A stretch of 64,000 nucleotides of DNA from Octopus sinensis (Eukaryota): NCBI RefSeq assembly GCF_006345805.1, contig NC_042999.1, forward strand, positions 120,094,001 through 120,158,000, read 5' to 3'. Position 1 is the first letter of the stretch. Each line of letters opens with the position of its first letter. Positions 1 through 13,832 of this stretch are shown here, one piece after another. Made by a program: the position numbers and the translations under genes. The notes under the pieces are model-generated. The model had not been told where the DNA came from, made no database searches, and was given only the letters and a program-made list of their open reading frames with translations.

Positions 1-9
1 AGAGAGTGA

Positions 10-43
10 TGTGTGTGTGTGTGTGTGTGTGAGTGTGTGTATG

Positions 44-88
<45 letters not shown>
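10..88. repeat. (TG)n/(TA)n microsatellite
   Basis: Direct reading. Confidence 0.95.
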
Positions 89-90
<2 letters not shown>

Positions 91-459
91 CAAGAAAGTT
101 AGAGGTTGTGAATTCGACCAACTAAAGGATAATATCTATCCAATATACTGCTGGTAGAACACACAATTATTAATACACAATTGTTTTTCCATTGCATGGC
201 AATTACATTAGCGCGTGTAATAAATGGGTGAGGGTAAAGAGTTAATTAGTTATTTAATTATATGTAAACGTATGTATATGTGTGTGTTTATAACTTAACA
301 TTATGTACTTTCTGAAATCTTTGACGAAGCCTAGAGAAACACCCAAGTTAACTCAATTGCATCTACTAATTACTTCAACCACTGGAGGGATAAAGTTGGA
401 ATAGGTATACCACTTATTGATCCCCTCCAATTTCTTATTGCTCTCCCTTTCTCTCCCTA

Positions 460-505
460 AATATATATATATATAAATATAAATATAAAAATATATATAT
501 ATTTA

Positions 506-580
<75 letters not shown>

Positions 581-592
581 ATATATATATTA
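460..592. repeat. (TA)n + (TCTA)n microsatellite
   Basis: Direct reading. Confidence 0.95.
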
Positions 593-725
593 TATTAAAT
601 TAGAGATAAAACCACTATTAGGCAAAGCATACAATGAAAAACTTAAGCCAATACATAAGATTAATTAATTTATATTATTTTAAATATATTTCAAAATTAT
701 TTAAAAAAGATAATGAGTATAACAC

Positions 726-782
726 TACGATCGTTTCATGGCTGTCCAATTCGTAAAAATTCGAGTTACAGTCAATCTTCAG
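726..782 (-). ncRNA. minimal type-I hammerhead ribozyme-like motif (Penelope-associated)
   Basis: CTGAAGA-t-TGACTGT...ACAGCCA-t-GAAAC-GATC-GTA: intact core, stem II with one mismatch, palindromic stem III (CGATCG), GUA cleavage triplet. Stem I pairing is not evident. Confidence 0.55.
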
Positions 783-3700
783 TTAATTGAAATATTTATC
801 TTAGCGAGGTTTAACAATGAACTCATATATATATAATACACACACATATACTTCATATATGAGATCTAGATGTCCTCCGTATAAAATACACTTTGCAGTG
901 CTCAAAATATTCAAACTTGAGCTAATGTGGGGATAAGCAAATTAGACAGATCAGTATATAAAGATATTAAATATATGAAATATAAAATATGTATACACAT
1001 AAAAAACATCTAGCTTGCACAGAGTACAAATGATATAGAAAATTAAAGATGTGGATGAAAGGTATTACTCGGTGATCCATTACTCGGTGTAAATTAATTC
1101 CATCAAAAAATGCGGCCGTATGCATGCATGTAGCATAGGATGAGACGCACCTCCATCTACAGGTAAGTGATCTTAAATTTGAGATCTTAACGTAGATCTT
1201 TGAACTTTACTATAAGATCTCAAATGTAAGGTTTCTGCCCTGAAAACAGAGGCTTGTCTCATCCTATGCTAAATGCATCCATAACGCCGCATTCTCTAAT
1301 ACAATAAGTCTACAGACTTTATTATGGATTACCGATCTCCCAGAAACAGTTGTTGAATTTTTAATACCATTCGCATACTAACTGACCATGATCATCATGT
1401 ACAATTTATAACTCTGCTTAATGATTCTTTCACCCATACTGCAGTGAATATTGCAATATATGCATGTTTGGTAAGGTCTAATAATGCTGGAAAGTTTCAT
1501 GATTTTTCTTCCATACATGACGAAAGAATTAAAATATTGTTCATTGAGTTAACCCTGCTCTTTACTCTATAAGTATTTCTAATTAGTTTTGCTGCTTCTT
1601 ATATCAAGTCTCTAAGCATTCACTAATTATGTATACTGTTTTGCACCACTGCTGACTGAAACATTCCGAAATTGTCTGAGATATATGAAGCACAGTATTA
1701 CATTGTTCGTGCTCTTAAATAAAATACACAACTGAAGTGGTGGTATTGTACCTATGTATGTTCAAATATATCAGCCTTTGCTTACTCTGCAAAAAAAATA
1801 TGAGTTGGAAACATGGCTGCACTTTTGAAGTGCAGGATACGTACTGTATCTGGAAATTCCCTTAACTGTGAATTTTTTGCATAACTTATATTGAGACTTA
1901 GGGACTTTGGTCTCCTTATTCTCGTGGTTGTTAATTCAGATATGTCTAGATATCCTGAGAAAGAACTTTAATATCTTTTTACTCTCATTACAAATCCTGC
2001 TGAATTCAAGTTTAACATTAAATTCTAAATAGTCTATAAAATATGAACTAATATCTTACATTAAAATAGACGTCAATGTTTGAAGAAAATAGCAAAACAA
2101 ATTTCTCCCAGGCCTGTTTGCAAAATATAATGGATGTTTACCTAATGTATTACGTGTGGTAAATTTGTTTGAAATGATTTTGTTAATCATTAATTGGTTA
2201 ATCAATTTTGATATTGAGAGTTATTGGATTTGTAATAGAACGTTTTGGACCAAATGCTACAAGATGAACCATTATCTCATTAGATGAATAAATCATGACT
2301 ACCTCTAGCACATATTATGTTTATCCATTGTCATCATATCTTCAGATAACTGTATAATTTTCTAATATATTGTTATCAGACTATGGCGTAGGCTAACCAT
2401 TTTAATATAAAAACTGCATTTTGTCTACTTACATTATTTACAAACTTTATACATTTCCTAAACTATATTGTTGGCAAATTATATCAATTTATAGATATAT
2501 TCCATAAATATATTCCATGCTGTCGATGTATTCAATGCATATATTCTATAATAACGACATCATTAGCTAATTATATTATTGACAAACTGCTGGATGCAAT
2601 TATCGCTTGCTAAGCATATCACTTTCGAACGGTGCCTAGCAGTATTATTCATTGCCGAATTTCCTTATTAGTTAATACTACCTTTGTCTAAATTTATTGT
2701 AAACTAATTAGTGATTGATAAACTGTTCTCTTTCATATAACAAGACCGAGGCAACAGCGCACCCAACACTGCAGATACATGCAGATGTGTCTATTTCTGG
2801 TTTCATCTCGGGATACACACACGCAAAGAACAATTTATCTTATTCTGATGATAAACTAGAGGGGAAAAGTACATACTTCCCTTTTTATATATAATGTGTC
2901 ATATTTCAACATGGTACGGTTGGATACTAAAATATTGCTCTCATTAACCTATCTGCTATAGTTAATTTTAATATTTTTAACATTAAGCTTATAGACTCGA
3001 GATATCGAAATGTAGGAATGCGTGAGAAATATTCTATGCAGTGGTCACGCCCTTCATATGAGTTAATTAAAAGAGACACGCTGCACACTTTCTAAAAGCA
3101 ATTACTTCCAAATAAAAATACGTAAACTGTAAATCTAATGAAAGTGTGTGATTCGCGAATATATGTGTTTATATTCTCAGAAATGATATCGAATTTTTGT
3201 ATTTTTATTGTCATACATCGGATATACTTTAACTGTAACTATCTGCTCAAACTTAAATTTATGTATTTGTTTTTCACTTCTGCTCTATTATTATTCTTAT
3301 TTTAGTGTCCTTTGTCCTAATTTTAGTGTCGTTTATCTGAACATGGACTAAACAGAACAGAAGTAACATGGGATGAAGAGTTACTGAAGAGGTCGCAGAA
3401 TATTGTGATTTCAGACAAAATACACTAGAATAAGAATAATAATGAAGTGAAGTGGCGAACGAGTATACAGCGCGTGTGGTTATTTGGCAAAAACAAAAAA
3501 TAAGCATCCTCAAATATAAGAATATCTACACAAATATATTTAGCAATTTCTTTCATATATTTCATTTTAAAGAAGTTCTTCATATGTAAGGGCACACAAT
3601 AATTTGAAGAAACCTGTTAAAGAAAAGGAAACAAAGTCAAATAACAGTATTTTCATTTAAACATTCTATTTTGAAAAATACCCAGACTAACATCGTTTAT

Positions 3701-4704
3701 CATTTAATCTGAAGGAGAATGACATTATCGCAAGGGGCTGCATTTTAAGATTAGTTCTGAAAATAATGAATTGCACATCCTGTTATAGACGGCCGGAGAA
3801 GAGAAGAGGCAGATATGCGTTGTAGATTGGAAATGGGTCATTTAATGAATGCTTTCCACCAAAAAGAGTGTATCGATTGAAAAGAATGAATTTACGATGT
3901 AGTGTTTGTATTTACAATAGAGTGTTTGGATGAATAACAACTTCCCATATACGAACATTCGAACTGCTAGCATTGACCTAACATATTTCTCCTTTTCTAG
4001 AAAAGAGCAGAGAACATGACGATATGCATTACCGGCATATATATACGAGCATTAAAGTCATGCAATTTGACTATCCTCAAACCTCACAAAATTTACCTTT
4101 ATATTAAAAATATCATTTTCATTAATGATACACTTGCAAAGTAATTACCATGCCAAAAGATGTATAGCGTATTAAAAGCAATAATAGTAATCATAACAAA
4201 GAACAGGCTCAGTAATATTTTATTTTATTGTTTAATTATAACACACACAAAGTTAATCTTCGCAGCAAGATATTGTATTGGCCAAAAAAAAAAAGGAAAA
4301 TATTACAGTAAATAAAAATATTATAGGTGAATAAACAAGTAAAGTTGGGGGTGAGTGAAACTCATTCAATATTGATACTATACTGAATAATATAAAACAT
4401 CTTGCCTTGTGCTTTTAGATTTATACTGTCCCAACTTCGATATCATTTCATTTATTTTAACGCGTTGCAGAGAATTTTACGTAAGATTATAATAATGCTA
4501 GGATGAGTCGATTATATCTGAGTTAACAAATATCGTAAGCTCTTCCTTAGCTTAACAGATCAGTGGCTCGTCTTTCATTTTGCTCCTCTTGGAATGCATG
4601 TGTATAGTGATATCTGGAAAAGAAATATCCAATAGTTATATACAGTTATGCGCCTAATATAAATGTAGGATCCAGGGACATAAATGTAAATTCCCTTCCG
4701 CACA

Positions 4705-5906
4705 CACAAGCATATCCCATAAATAATGCGGTTTTTTATACATCTTTTATTTTTCAAAATTTAAAGGAACACAGTTCTGTTTTAATCTAGAATATATTCT
4801 CCATTTTCTACAATACTCTTCCATCTATCTGGTTGCTATGCACGGCCCCTCCACCAGTACTGTTCTAACCTCGTCATCAGAATTCATATTTCTTCCGTCC
4901 AAATGATTTTGAGCACTGCGGAATAAATAATAATCAGATTGGACAATGTCCAACGAATATGGACGATGGAGCATCGTTTCCCATTCAGACTACTCCAGCC
5001 TTTGGAACTTCATCTTCGATGTATGTGGACGAGCATTATCCTGATGGATGAATACCTTTGGTCTTTACACCAACAATGGTCGTTTTTCTTCTAGCTTTGA
5101 TTTAAGCCGCTCAAGCTGCTCGCACAAGGTCTCCTGTGTTATCGTTTAGTTTGGGTTTAAAAGTGAACCCACCAAACAGGTAGCAACAAACTACGTGGGT
5201 GAAGACCTTCTCTAGCCTCGGGTGCCGGGGTTTCTCCTTTCCCTACCTACTGTCATCGTCGCTAGAGATTTTTATACAGAACCCATTTTTCGTCACCATT
5301 TACTATTCCTGAGATGTGACAAAAAAGAAGAGCACACATTCACTCTCTGCGCGATTAGGTTCCGGAAGTTGTGAGAAACTCATTGACCCAATTTGCTGAC
5401 CTTTCCGATGGCACGTAGGTTGCAATGAATGTTAGAATGAATAAAACATAGCTTCACTTCTAATTCCTCAACAGTTACGATGGGATTTTGTTCCATCATG
5501 TTTTGCAGGACGTCTTCGTCGAGCTCTATAGATTTTCTATGACGAGGCTCGTTTTCTAGGCTGTAGTTTCCGGTTCGGAATTTCCTAAACCAACGTTGAC
5601 TCTGGCTTACGTTTATAGTCCGATCCCCATATACGACATTAATATTCTTCGCAATTTCTGTAGTATTGTTTCGTTTATTGAACTCATAAAATGAAATATA
5701 CCGAACATGCTACTTTGTCACTTCCATTATAGCTTTGAAAAAATAAGTGTTAAAATCGAAGTGCATTCTTCAAAAATTGCACTAAGAATAAGTACAAAGC
5801 AAAATTACTACCTGTTTTAATAGCAAGTTGGTGCAGGTAGCTTATCCTGTTCCCCTCCGACTTTTAGTTCATGCAATTTCAAGACCGCCTTAGTTATGAG
5901 ATGACT

Positions 5907-5911
<5 letters not shown>
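4705..5911 (-). mobile_element. mariner (Tc1/mariner, DD34D-type) transposon, near full length, inactivated
   Basis: Minus-strand translation gives VYGDRTINVSQSQRWFRKFRTGNYSLENEPR, GQ*VSHN (WVPHEL), GDEKWVLY, HQDNARPH, YSLDIVQSDYYLF (YSPDLAPSDY) and GEYILD*. TIR remnants 4714-4732 and 5884-5902 match at 16/19 as inverted repeats; the right end runs into TA. Confidence 0.92.
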
Positions 5912-5938
<27 letters not shown>

Positions 5939-6257
5939 TTAAATAGAGTCTAAAAAAACGCCTAAAGGTTTGTCACATATTATTTTGCTGTGAATAGTAA
6001 TGTTTTTAAAATAATAATACAAATCTTGGTTTATAAGTATTTAGATTAAGATCCAGAAAATATAATTTATTAACAGCAATAATATGTAATAACCTAACGA
6101 TATGTCTTTTTACTCTTCTAACGAGATTTTGCCCGAAAAAATATTTCAATTACTGGAATCTTTGGGGCAAGACCGAAAGAGCTGCAAATGAACGAGTTGA
6201 ATTTTTGCAGATAATAAATTATATTAACACTACTTCTCCATTGTCTCGATTGTAATT

Positions 6258-6302
<45 letters not shown>

Positions 6303-6418
6303 AATTGCAAGGTGGAAGTTGTTTCTAAAATGGCTTAGAAACACCTTCCATGCTGCCATTGCTTTCGTTCTAGCACACAATCTAAGATCAGGTCACTTGC
6401 TATGCAAGTTCATCTCCG

Positions 6419-6479
<61 letters not shown>

Positions 6480-7508
6480 GAACTGATTAATCCGTTAGGT
6501 ACAAGATCACTCACGCAAATATTAGGATCACTATAAATGCATTGATAAATATAGAGAATGAACGTAGAACAATAATAATGTGCGAAAATTAGCGATCTTT
6601 AGTTGGGATATAAACTGTATATTTGCACGAGAAGAAAGAAGCATTGCACAGGTGTCGTTTTGAAGGTACAGGTTGGAAAGTGGTCATTGTTAGGAAAGTA
6701 TATGTATGTTGCATTCTCAGTTCTGGGGACCATAGATGCTAATGTACTTTCTAACATACAAATATATTCAGTTCTTTCCATGGGACGAAGTCACGAATTA
6801 TAATTGATGGATATGATATTGCGTGACACCCGCTTCTGTTTTAAAGTCCTTAATAATGTGTGTGAAGAGAATGAATTTTTGTTGTGGAATTATATTGATG
6901 CCATAGACTTTGTTTAACGTCACGCACAATAATAGATACATAGTGACATGCCTTTAACTACTCTTGTATTGGTTTCTGCCTATTACTCAAAAAATGTAAC
7001 AGAAAAAAGTCTTCAATGTGAATTGAAGCATCTTCGTAGACCAGGAATACTAATTAATTTTTTGATCCTAGATAGGCGAATACACACGCAAGCATATACA
7101 CACATATACACACTCATATCACATTGTCATATGAAGAGAATTTTATTCGGAACGGGAGAACACTAGTTGCACCTCTTTCAATATCAATTACTGGATTACG
7201 TGAAATGACCACAACGAATTGTATAGAGTGCTCCGCTAGTATACATATATTAAGTATTAATGCTTGTGTTCTGAATCTAATTTCGCTTTTATTCCACCAT
7301 AGCAAAAACTGTTAGATACCAAAATAAATATACAACATATTTTCTCATCATTAATAAGCGAAACTGTTTTTGCAGAGAACTGATAGTAATTCTCCAATAA
7401 TTGATGTATGCAGCAGTTATGTGAAATAGAAAAATCGTACGAGTTTAAAAACTACAACATATTGCTAAAATGGAAGTTATATATGATTGAATAGCTTTAT
7501 AATTGTTA

Positions 7509-7565
7509 TTATGATGCGTTAATGTCATAACAAATATTTGACGGGATACATAAATACAATAAATT
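7509..7565 (-). CDS. candidate terminal exon B of the Pif-like gene
   Basis: Phase-0 frame NLLYLCIPSNICYDINAS* has the expected Y-x-C-x-P, but the acceptor (atatgaaacag) has a poor pyrimidine tract. Confidence 0.25.
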   Translation of the reverse strand, partial: NLLYLCIPSNICYDINAS

Positions 7566-7636
7566 CTGTTTCATATTTACTACCAACAAGAAAATATACT
7601 TTACTACAAATACAGCTATTACTACTCATAAGAGAT

Positions 7637-7754
7637 TAATAACAATAACAATAACAATAACAATAACAATAACAATAACAATGATGATGATCATGATAGA
7701 TGATGATGATGGTGATGATGATGATGGTGATGATGATGATGATGATGTTGTTGT

Positions 7755-7798
<44 letters not shown>

Positions 7799-7800
7799 GT
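7637..7800. repeat. (AACAAT)n + (GAT)n compound microsatellite
   Basis: Direct reading; explains the poly-I/poly-S track ORFs at 7626-7841. Confidence 0.95.
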
Positions 7801-8180
7801 GAAAATAATAATTGCCTCATATTCAGGCACAAATCCAACAATTTTTAGATGAAAGGGTAAATTAATGTCATCAACAGTAGTACGACTGATGTTTTAGTTT
7901 ATTGACTCTGGAAGCCTAAATTGCAAAGATGAACTCCAAACATACAATTAAAAGAAGTGCCTTGCGGCTCTTTATCACTTTAACTATTCCACCTGCTTCA
8001 GTAGCGGTTTCTAACCGAGGCACAAGGCTGTCATGCCTTCGACTCTAGACTTGATTTGTACTTTATTTGATCCACCTCGAATCCAAGGAAGCCAAGTTGC
8101 ACTTCAATGACTTTTGAATCCAAAACATAAAGAAAGCTGAACGTAGGTATGCTTTCTTTACTCTAAAGATTCTGCCAACT
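7800..8180 (-). mobile_element. decayed tRNA-derived SINE fragments
   Basis: ggcacaaatcc/ggcacaagg tails and gtactttatttgatcc...gaacgtag body shared with other SINE copies in the window. Confidence 0.5.
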
Positions 8181-8539
8181 CCTTACTCTGTAACGTCACT
8201 TATTTTAGATGCGAAGCCAGCAATTTTGTATAAACGAAATTAATCGTTATTACAGTACTTGACCAGTTGACCGTACTTAGAAAGTTGAAAGACAGAAAAT
8301 GATTTCAAATCAGAATACAAATTCAGAATATAAATGACTGGGTCAGGGATGTCCAAACATTTTCACCGACGTTCTAACGTTTTTCGCAACTCCGTGTTCT
8401 AATAACTATTGTTTCTAACACAAGAATGAAACTAAAGCTCTGTCATATAATCAAGACATGCACAGACCCAAAACATCTACTGGCTAACATATTATATAGA
8501 TAGGATTGGATGCTCTACTGTAGTTTACCCATTTTTCCA

Positions 8540-10350
8540 TAGGCACATTTGTGAAATGCATTCGGTAAATGGCAGAAAGTTGGAAACTTCTGAGCGTTTT
8601 TGCGAGGTTTTTGTACCGAACTCTGCACAATCCAAGCCTGTGCCCAAGATAGCATTCCAGCCGCCCACTATTACTAAAGCGCAGAATGTTTCGAGTGAAA
8701 CCTCCAGACGACTAAAGAATTCTAGCTGTCCTGCCCTGCCAGAGAATAAACATATACTAATAAGAAGGCGCTTCCTTAACTACTGTTCACCTTCAGAACC
8801 ACTAACTTTTCTTCACGTCCGTATCGTTAGATCTAAACCTGATACGTATCGTGAGATGTAAATCTTTCGAAAAGCACAGTTTTTCCAATCCCGATCGACA
8901 AGTTGAACTTGTAGATCAGAAATTCTTGCTTCGTGTTGGTCACAGAATCTACACAGAAGGATCCGAGGACGTTGAGCAGCTAGTCCTCCTTCCAAGATAA
9001 CGTTCGGCAATGGGGGAAAAGTGAGAAGGATCACTTACTTTAGCCCTATTGAGTCACCAGTGCTTAGGCTGTCCGGTTGACTACGGCTGTTTCCATAAAA
9101 TTTTCGTTGTATAGCATTTTCCTAATATTAAATCATAAAACTTCTATTCCAATTGGGCATTTATTTTTCAAGATGTTGTATTGGGTTGTGGTATGTTGAT
9201 GATTTTTATGTATGCTGGAATTCAAAAAGTTAATGTGATGTACTTATTGTGTGCTATGCTTGTATATTTGTGTGCATGACCCACTTGTCACTATTGCGTG
9301 TGTTTGTCGCTGTGTAGTTAATATCTTTCTGCTCGAGTTGGTGAGTGATTTGACAGTTGCTGTGTGTATGAGTTAGGTCGTAGTTAGTGGTAGTGTCTGC
9401 AATAGTAATTATTGTGGTAATGAAGATGATGGTGCTCGCAACACGCGTTAGCTTCCATTACCGTTGACGTTGGTGCTTTGTCACTCAAGGGCATGTCCCA
9501 AACCACCTATTTGGTAGTCAGTTTTTGCTTTCGCGCTCTTTTGTTTCTTTTTCCTCTGTTTTGCTTTGGTCTCTTCTCGATATTTAGGTTCAGTATCGTC
9601 CCCTTCTTCACAAAACATATCTGAATGATTCTAAGGAGCAAGGCCATGTCGTATGGATCATTGTTTTGTATTTGCTATTGTTGTTTGGGGACATTCATTT
9701 GCTGTTGTTGTTTGTGATGTGGTATCTATTGCGAACGATGTTTCTTATATTCTTTCTGTTACTGACCACTCCGCACTTAGTGTTATTCTTTCTGCATTGC
9801 TGCTTACAGCCATGTAGATGGTGATACAACCACTGTTGATGCACACATTTGCATGCTGCTGATGTAATTACTGTGGCTTTTCCTCTTTTTGCTTGCTGTA
9901 GCTGTTCCTGGTGTTTAAGCTGTGGTGTTGGTAGTAGTGGAGGCCTTCTTTCAGTTATGATTTTGCGTCCTTATCAAGGACGAAACGCCTTGGTTAGTCT
10001 TCCTCATCGAGATTTCCCAGATTCCATTACCACCTGAACTTGCTACCATCTTGGAACCTCTGTTAGGTTGGGTATTTTGTCATGTTTCACGTAAGTTAAC
10101 TATCTCCAGCGCAATCCCATCCCAATGTTTTTCGGAACCATTTTGTTTCTAGCAGCATACTGGGATCTTATAAGATCACATATTTCACCTATCCACTGGT
10201 GTTATATATTAGAATTTTACTAGTGTCAATCTCCGTATGTCTCTACAAGTGTCGACGTTTCAGTATTTGTGAGAGAGTGAAGTGTATTTGTGTTAATGTT
10301 TCCGAGTTGAGTATAACGCTGATGTATCCGAATCTATGAGCATATCCCTC
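8540..10350 (-). mobile_element. L1/Tx1-like LINE remnant (ORF1 fragment plus APE endonuclease of ORF2)
   Basis: 8540-9060 minus: SGLDLTIRT...GQLEFFSRLEVSLETFCALVIVGGWNAILG (APE GDWNA motif region). 9200-10350 minus: IPNL...QVQVVMESG..GRLTKAFRP resembles the ORF1 zinc-knuckle region. Heavily decayed. Confidence 0.65.
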
Positions 10351-10419
10351 AAAATTGATATTTCAGTGAAATAAAGAAAATGGATTGAAAAATTCATTAG
10401 CATTTGGCGCTTATAATAA

Positions 10420-11200
10420 GATGATCCATCTAAAGGAAGACGTAGATCGTTTCTAACTTTTCAGAGCCCATGGACTGATCCTGTTTGAACTTTCATACAA
10501 GTTCAGCGCAATTGGACTGGCCTAATATCTTGAAACAACTAATTACTTGATGTAAACTCACTGAAAATTCCGAAACGGGTAAGTTGCTTCAGTCTGACGT
10601 AGATGGAGAGCAAACGATATGCTACTAATGTCGTACTAATCAGCCTGGAGGAAATATGACAACTGTTGTTCCAAAGAAAAGAAAATTAAAAGAAAAAAAT
10701 ATAACGCCAAACAGTTAGCTAGTAGTTGGAAGCAGAAAACTTTGCATGACAAATATAAGTGCCGTAGCAAGCAGCCTGACCAGAAGCACATCATTAGTTT
10801 TTACAAAGCTCAGTGCTAAAGGCAAAGAGTGAAGGCTTCATCTTACCTGCACGAGATCAAATCATATTGACCCTAAACTACCAAACTGATGTGACGAAAA
10901 ATAGAGTAGATCGAAAATGCCGATTGTACAATGATGATATTGAAGCTGTGCACCACCTAATCTCTGAGTATAAGGTTTTAGTTCCAGAAGAGCAAAAATA
11001 AAGACGTAACAGATTCAGCAAATATCTACATATTTAATGCATCGAGAAACCACATTTAAAATATTTTGTCTAGAACTAAAAAAACAACAACTAGATATAA
11101 ACACCTTAAAATTGAAAATGAATATTTACTAAACACAAACAAAATAGTGTTCTATAACTTTATGGAAAAATAGAAACAACCAGAGGAGACAAGCAGCAAC
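10420..11200 (+). mobile_element. R4/Dong-like (restriction-like endonuclease clade) LINE 3' fragment
   Basis: WKQKTLH, then LKAKSEGFILPARDQIILTLNYQ...KCRLYNDDIEAVHHLIS (track ORF 10813-11001). This matches the LKxETEGFIxAAQDQxLxTRNY...CRxC...ETIxHLxSGC region of R2/R4-type elements. Confidence 0.75.
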
Positions 11201-12739
11201 ATCATGGGGAAAGGAATGGAACTAAAGAAGTTTTGTAAATGCTGAAAGCTAAATCAAAACTGGGCTAAATTTGGGTTAAGTGATACCATATCAAGGAAAC
11301 ATGTTATGTGGAAAATACTTTAAAATACTGAACATAGATAAAAGAAAAATATAAGAAATGTGAAACACAGGCATTAAAACCGACATTGAATGTTTCATAA
11401 TTTACGCACAGAATTTAAGCTTGCACCTAGAAGCACAAGTATATACGAAGTAAAAATACATAGTCTGTTGCATGTAGATTTGGGAAGAAAGAATTAGCGG
11501 CATTATCTCTGATATAATGATCTAAAAGTGAATTAATTTACATGATCACCGAAGGTTGTGCATTCATACATTGAAATTTATGTGAATATTTTTGAAATAC
11601 CGACGGAGAATAGGTAACATATATGCACACCGGTATATGAGAGACCGACGAAGCATTTTTCATGGTGAGGGAAAAAATGTAAGCATGAATGTGTTGTCCC
11701 CTACCGGATAGTTATTACAAGAGAGTTGATAATTTATTTATATTTGTAATGTCAAGATGTTGAATTTGAAATTAAGGAATGAGGGGAAGTGATGCATAGA
11801 ATACACACATATGCATAAGTAATTTTCGTTTATATATTCTTCAAATTTCTTCTGAGTGGTAATCATGTATAACACAATGTCATTCGCTTTGGAAATCGAC
11901 AGCATGATATAAACAGATTTATTATTTAAGCATTTTTTGAAGCGATATTTTTCTTATAGATGGAAAATAATTATATTCTGGAATAAATGTATGGAAAGCA
12001 TATTTTTCTTTGCTTTCTCGCCGAAGGTTAGCAAGAGTCATGGGAGAGAATGTTCTTTGTATCCATACAGAGGGTAAGTGTTTTCATGGAATTCTACCTT
12101 GTAAATTGTGCGTTATAGTAGCCAATATTTTAGTTTTATCAAGAAGCAAAATGTACAAAGCGTTTTCCAAATAGTTTTCTATCATCTAGATATTGGTTTC
12201 AAGCTGCTATTGCCAAGCAATAATGTTTCCTTGCATTGAAAGAGAAGCATCTCTTCGTAAACATAATGCTCTCACGTTTAAATTGGCTCATCTTAAATTG
12301 GATCATTATATATATACATGAAATTAGTAGAAGTGGCTTTTCCGGTGGTTTTCCCACGTAATACGCAGTTTATGAATTATGGGTTGCTTACAAATCCTAA
12401 CGTCAAAGGTCCAGGAGGCCTGAGGTTCTTCTCCGCACAATTCGGTTTTAGGATTAGATTTAATATTTCTATAAATCACCCATGATGTGAGTAATTATTC
12501 ACATAGCGTATGGTTTATAGGAACATTGAATTTAATCCTAAAAGCAAAGTGATAGGGGGAAAATATAAACTCTTGCAGATATTCCAAATTACAATTTGTA
12601 AACACCTCATATCTTATAGACAACTAATTACTAAACTGGAAAAATAAATTGGTAAAACCAATTCTAATATTTTCAAAATTTATAATACTATACAAAGGAC
12701 TTTCTATTTCTAATTCTACCATATATATATATATATGCG

Positions 12740-12985
12740 CCCTTTTAAAGCCTAGCCAGGCTCATGGGCCCGGTTTCCCGGTTTCTATGGCGCATGTGTT
12801 TCTCAGCTGGACTGGACGCCAGTCCATCACAGCGTTACTCATTTTTGTCAGCTGAGTGGACTGGAGCAACGTGAAATAAAGTGTTTTCCTCAAGAACACA
12901 ACGCGTCGCTCGGTCCAGGAATCGAAGCCACAATCTTACGATCATGATGCTGACACCCTAACCACTAATCCACGCGGCTCCACAC
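12740..12985 (-). mobile_element. tRNA-derived SINE
   Basis: Reverse tRNA-like head (ggaatcgaagcc...cctaaccactaatccacgcggctccac) abutting (CA)n, with a central gctgagtggactggagcaacgtgaaat domain. Confidence 0.8.
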
Positions 12986-13004
12986 ACACACACACACACA
13001 CACA

Positions 13005-13050
<46 letters not shown>

Positions 13051-13657
13051 TAAATATAAACACGCATTCACATATATACACATATGTCTATATATACTCA
13101 AGCGCAAGTCTCCTCTGTTGATTCAAGAGACGAAACTTCATGATCGACTAATTTAACATAGACATTTTTGACATAGCGTCAAACTGTCACTCACATCACT
13201 TTACTTTTACACTTGTCATTAAATAACACTTGATGAAGTTGGATCTCTCGAGGAGAATGTCTTACTTACGTCTAGACTGCCTTAAAGATCGAACACATTT
13301 GAGGATTCTATAAAAGTGTTATTAACCCTTGAACTACGATCATAATTCAAGTATGTTGCACAGAATACCGGGTTCCAAATATACGCACTTTGAGCTCAAA
13401 TTTACCTAAAGATTTAGATTAGCATTTCGTGGCTGACAATTTCAATATTTGGTAGCATTACTCTGTCATTATGAAACTTGATAACATTTTCGCACTTTTT
13501 AAGTATACTGACAAGTACATTTAACTATCTTTCAGTAACTCTTTGTCATGAGCAGTTAGACAAGCTATTGAAAACGTTGACCAGAAAGTGAGTAACATGA
13601 TGTTAGACGTACATGATGTTGTGCATCCGCTAAATTTGTAAACGACAAAAAACTAAC

Positions 13658-13737
13658 TCACTGCTCTTGCTGAGCGTTTTTCTTTGTTTTGAAGAATTCA
13701 AAATATTTTCCTATATAGCAGAAATAGGCTTCAAATT
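13658..13737 (-). CDS. candidate terminal exon A of the Pif-like gene
   Basis: Strong acceptor aatttctgcag| 95 nt below exon 5. One frame reads FEAYFCYIGKYFEFFKTKKNAQQEQ* (x-x-x-Y-x-C as expected) but needs a phase-1 donor (GTATCA, 4 nt into the intron). With the canonical phase-0 donor the frame is NLKPISAI*. Confidence 0.3.
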
Positions 13738-13832
13738 CTGCAGAAATTGGATGTAATATGCGAAATAAAATGAGTAAATTAAATATTCATAACAATTAAA
13801 TCTGCGTATAATAAGAAAATAATGATACTTAC

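Noticed and set aside
1300-2700. Possible decayed LRR/Toll-like receptor sequence on the minus strand (LNISYAKNSQLREFPDTVRILHF)
   Set aside because: A single short motif amid many stops; cannot be supported without a profile search.
12320-12468. Minus-strand frame ELCGEEPQASWTFDVRICKQP as a possible continuation of the LamG gene
   Set aside because: The phase does not match the exon 5 donor and it lacks the expected Y-x-C start.
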